Origin: Okeania sp.
GTDB lineage: Bacteria; Cyanobacteriota; Cyanobacteriia; Cyanobacteriales; Microcoleaceae
Assembly: GCF_035285525.1 (NCBI RefSeq)
Contig: NZ_JAYKGW010000115.1
Span: 1-6,539, forward strand
Direction: 5' to 3'
Length of the DNA: 6,539 bases
Within the stretch, counting starts at the first letter, position 1, and each line of letters opens with the position of its first letter. A model generated the notes under the pieces. The model was given only the letters and a program-made list of their open reading frames with translations, was not told the origin of the DNA and ran no database searches. This document shows positions 5,839-6,539 of this stretch, piece by piece. The translations under genes and the position numbers were made by a program.

Positions 5839-5910
5839 GTAGGGGTGGGTTGAACTAAAATTTGAAAAATTAACAATTTCTTGGAAAAACGCGCCCCTAA
5901 ATTGTTTTTT
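5839..5910. repeat. Solitary GTAGGGG-type hairpin element upstream of the PLD/pentapeptide gene
   Basis: TAGGGGTG (5840-5847) pairs with CGCCCCTA (5892-5899): 8 bp including one G.T, around a 44-nt AT-rich loop. TTGTTTTTT follows on the plus strand (5902-5910). The left end GTAGGGGTGGGTTGA is homologous to the first 15 nt of the 80-81-nt tandem units at 6193 onward. Confidence 0.65.
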
Positions 5911-5938
5911 ACTTTACTTTATCCAGGTATTTTCATCT

Positions 5939-6027
5939 AATATTTCTAAAATTATTTTTGCCAAAATACTAAATTTTCTAGGTTGGGTTAATTTTAATAA
6001 AACCTAATCTATAAGGTTATTTTTATA
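5939..6027. repeat. Diverged second copy of the 89-nt region immediately downstream of the PLD/pentapeptide gene (copy of 3726-3814)
   Basis: By-eye alignment of aatatttcta...ctaaatttt(a/c)taggttgg...aacct...attatt. Both copies are 89 nt and roughly three-quarters identical. A small hairpin is kept at the same place in each (AGGTTGG/CCAAACCT at 3767-3797; AGGTT/AACCT at 5980-6005). Confidence 0.7.
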
Positions 6028-6152
6028 TTATTCGTGAACTGAACTATCTGGCATTATTGCACTTTTCAAGTTAGCTTTGTTATTGCCTTCACCAAAATTT
6101 GCTCCACAACTTTAACCATCAAAGCAGACAAGTTAGATTCTAAGTCAGACAG
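6028..6152 (-). pseudogene. Collapsed remnant of a paralog of the PLD/pentapeptide gene (about 15 N-terminal plus about 26 C-terminal codons, start codon lost, frames disagree)
   Basis: The minus strand of 6028-6106 reads GANFGEGNNKANLKSAIMPDSSVHE*, versus ...TGAKLGGVSWENTKLTGAIMPDSSDQK* in the intact gene. The minus strand of 6107-6152 reads (L)SDLESNLSALMVKVV, versus MPNLKSNLSALMAKVA. The start position is CTG (plus-strand cag, 6150-6152) instead of ATG. The N- and C-terminal pieces are in different frames, and a TAA blocks the C-terminal frame. Confidence 0.6.
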
Positions 6153-6192
6153 AATTAAATAGTGGATAAATTATCATATTTATTATAAAACT

Positions 6193-6539
6193 GTAGGGGC
6201 GGGTTGATTAATAAATATAGAAAGTCAGCATTAATATCCCTAAACCGGCTCCCAAAAGTCAGAGTCAAAAATGTAGGGGCGGGTTGATTAATAAATATAG
6301 AAAGTCAGCATCAATATTGCTAAACCGGCTCCCAAAAGTTAGGGTAAAAAAATCTAGGGGCAGGTTGATTAATAAATATAGAAAGTCAGCATTAATATTC
6401 CTAAATCTGTCCTCTAAAGTCAGGGTAAAAAAATCTAGGGGCAGGTTGATTAATAAATATAGAAAGTCAGCATTAATATTCCTAAATCTGCCCCCCAAAG
6501 TCAGGGTAAAAAAATGTAGGGGCGGGTTTCACCAGAGAT
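6193..6539. repeat. Tandem direct-repeat array with 80-81-nt units; 4 full units plus the start of a fifth; runs to the window edge
   Basis: Units are U1 6193-6272 (80 nt), U2 6273-6353, U3 6354-6434 and U4 6435-6515 (81 nt each). U5 starts at 6516 and diverges after GTAGGGGCGGGTT. The consensus is (G/C)TAGGGGC(G/A)GGTTGATTAATAAATATAGAAAGTCAGCATTAATAT..CTAAA..(C/T)(G/T)GC.CCC.AAAGTCAG(A/G)GT(C/A)AAAAA(A)T. There are two subfamilies, U1/U2 and U3/U4. Confidence 0.9.

Noticed and set aside
6265-6498. 77-aa minus-strand ORF (MGGRFRNINADFLYLLINLPLDFF...)
   Set aside because: It stays open only because the 81-nt period is a multiple of 3. The protein is simply the repeat translated three times, and the frame breaks at the 80-nt unit. 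No ribosome-binding site is evident. It is most likely a repeat artefact, although a repeat-encoded peptide cannot be formally excluded.
6193-6539. CRISPR array, suggested by regular ~80-nt periodicity and a G-rich repeated segment
   Set aside because: The whole 80-81-nt unit is conserved, including the part that would be the spacer. There are no unique spacers, no cas genes and no leader-like asymmetry. It is a plain tandem direct repeat.

Overview
AT-rich segment that looks cyanobacterial, probably from a filamentous, Nostocales-like organism. Support: one HIP1 octamer (GCGATCGC), STRR-like heptanucleotide arrays at gene boundaries, a plant-type ferredoxin and a large pentapeptide-repeat protein. 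All five protein genes are on the minus strand. They are a 3'-truncated SNase-fold lipoprotein (1-438), an FdC2-like [2Fe-2S] ferredoxin (428-796, overlapping the former by 11 nt), a membrane-anchored thioredoxin-fold protein with SxxC in place of CxxC (1424-2005), a GT2-type glycosyltransferase (2377-3309/3336), and a 659-aa protein combining a coiled coil, a PLD-fold domain and pentapeptide repeats (3815-5794). One tRNA-Ser(GGA) lies on the plus strand (983-1069). The left third looks like housekeeping or photosynthesis-related DNA. The right third is unusual. The PLD/pentapeptide gene carries an HxN variant of the HKD motif. Both its flanks and its first and last codons recur at 5939-6206 as a collapsed remnant of a paralog. 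A GTAGGGG-type hairpin element occurs once upstream of the intact gene and as a tandem array of at least 4 units of 80-81 nt upstream of the remnant (6193 to the window end). I see no CRISPR array, transposase, integrase or rRNA. All functional calls come from motif reading by eye; no database search was possible.
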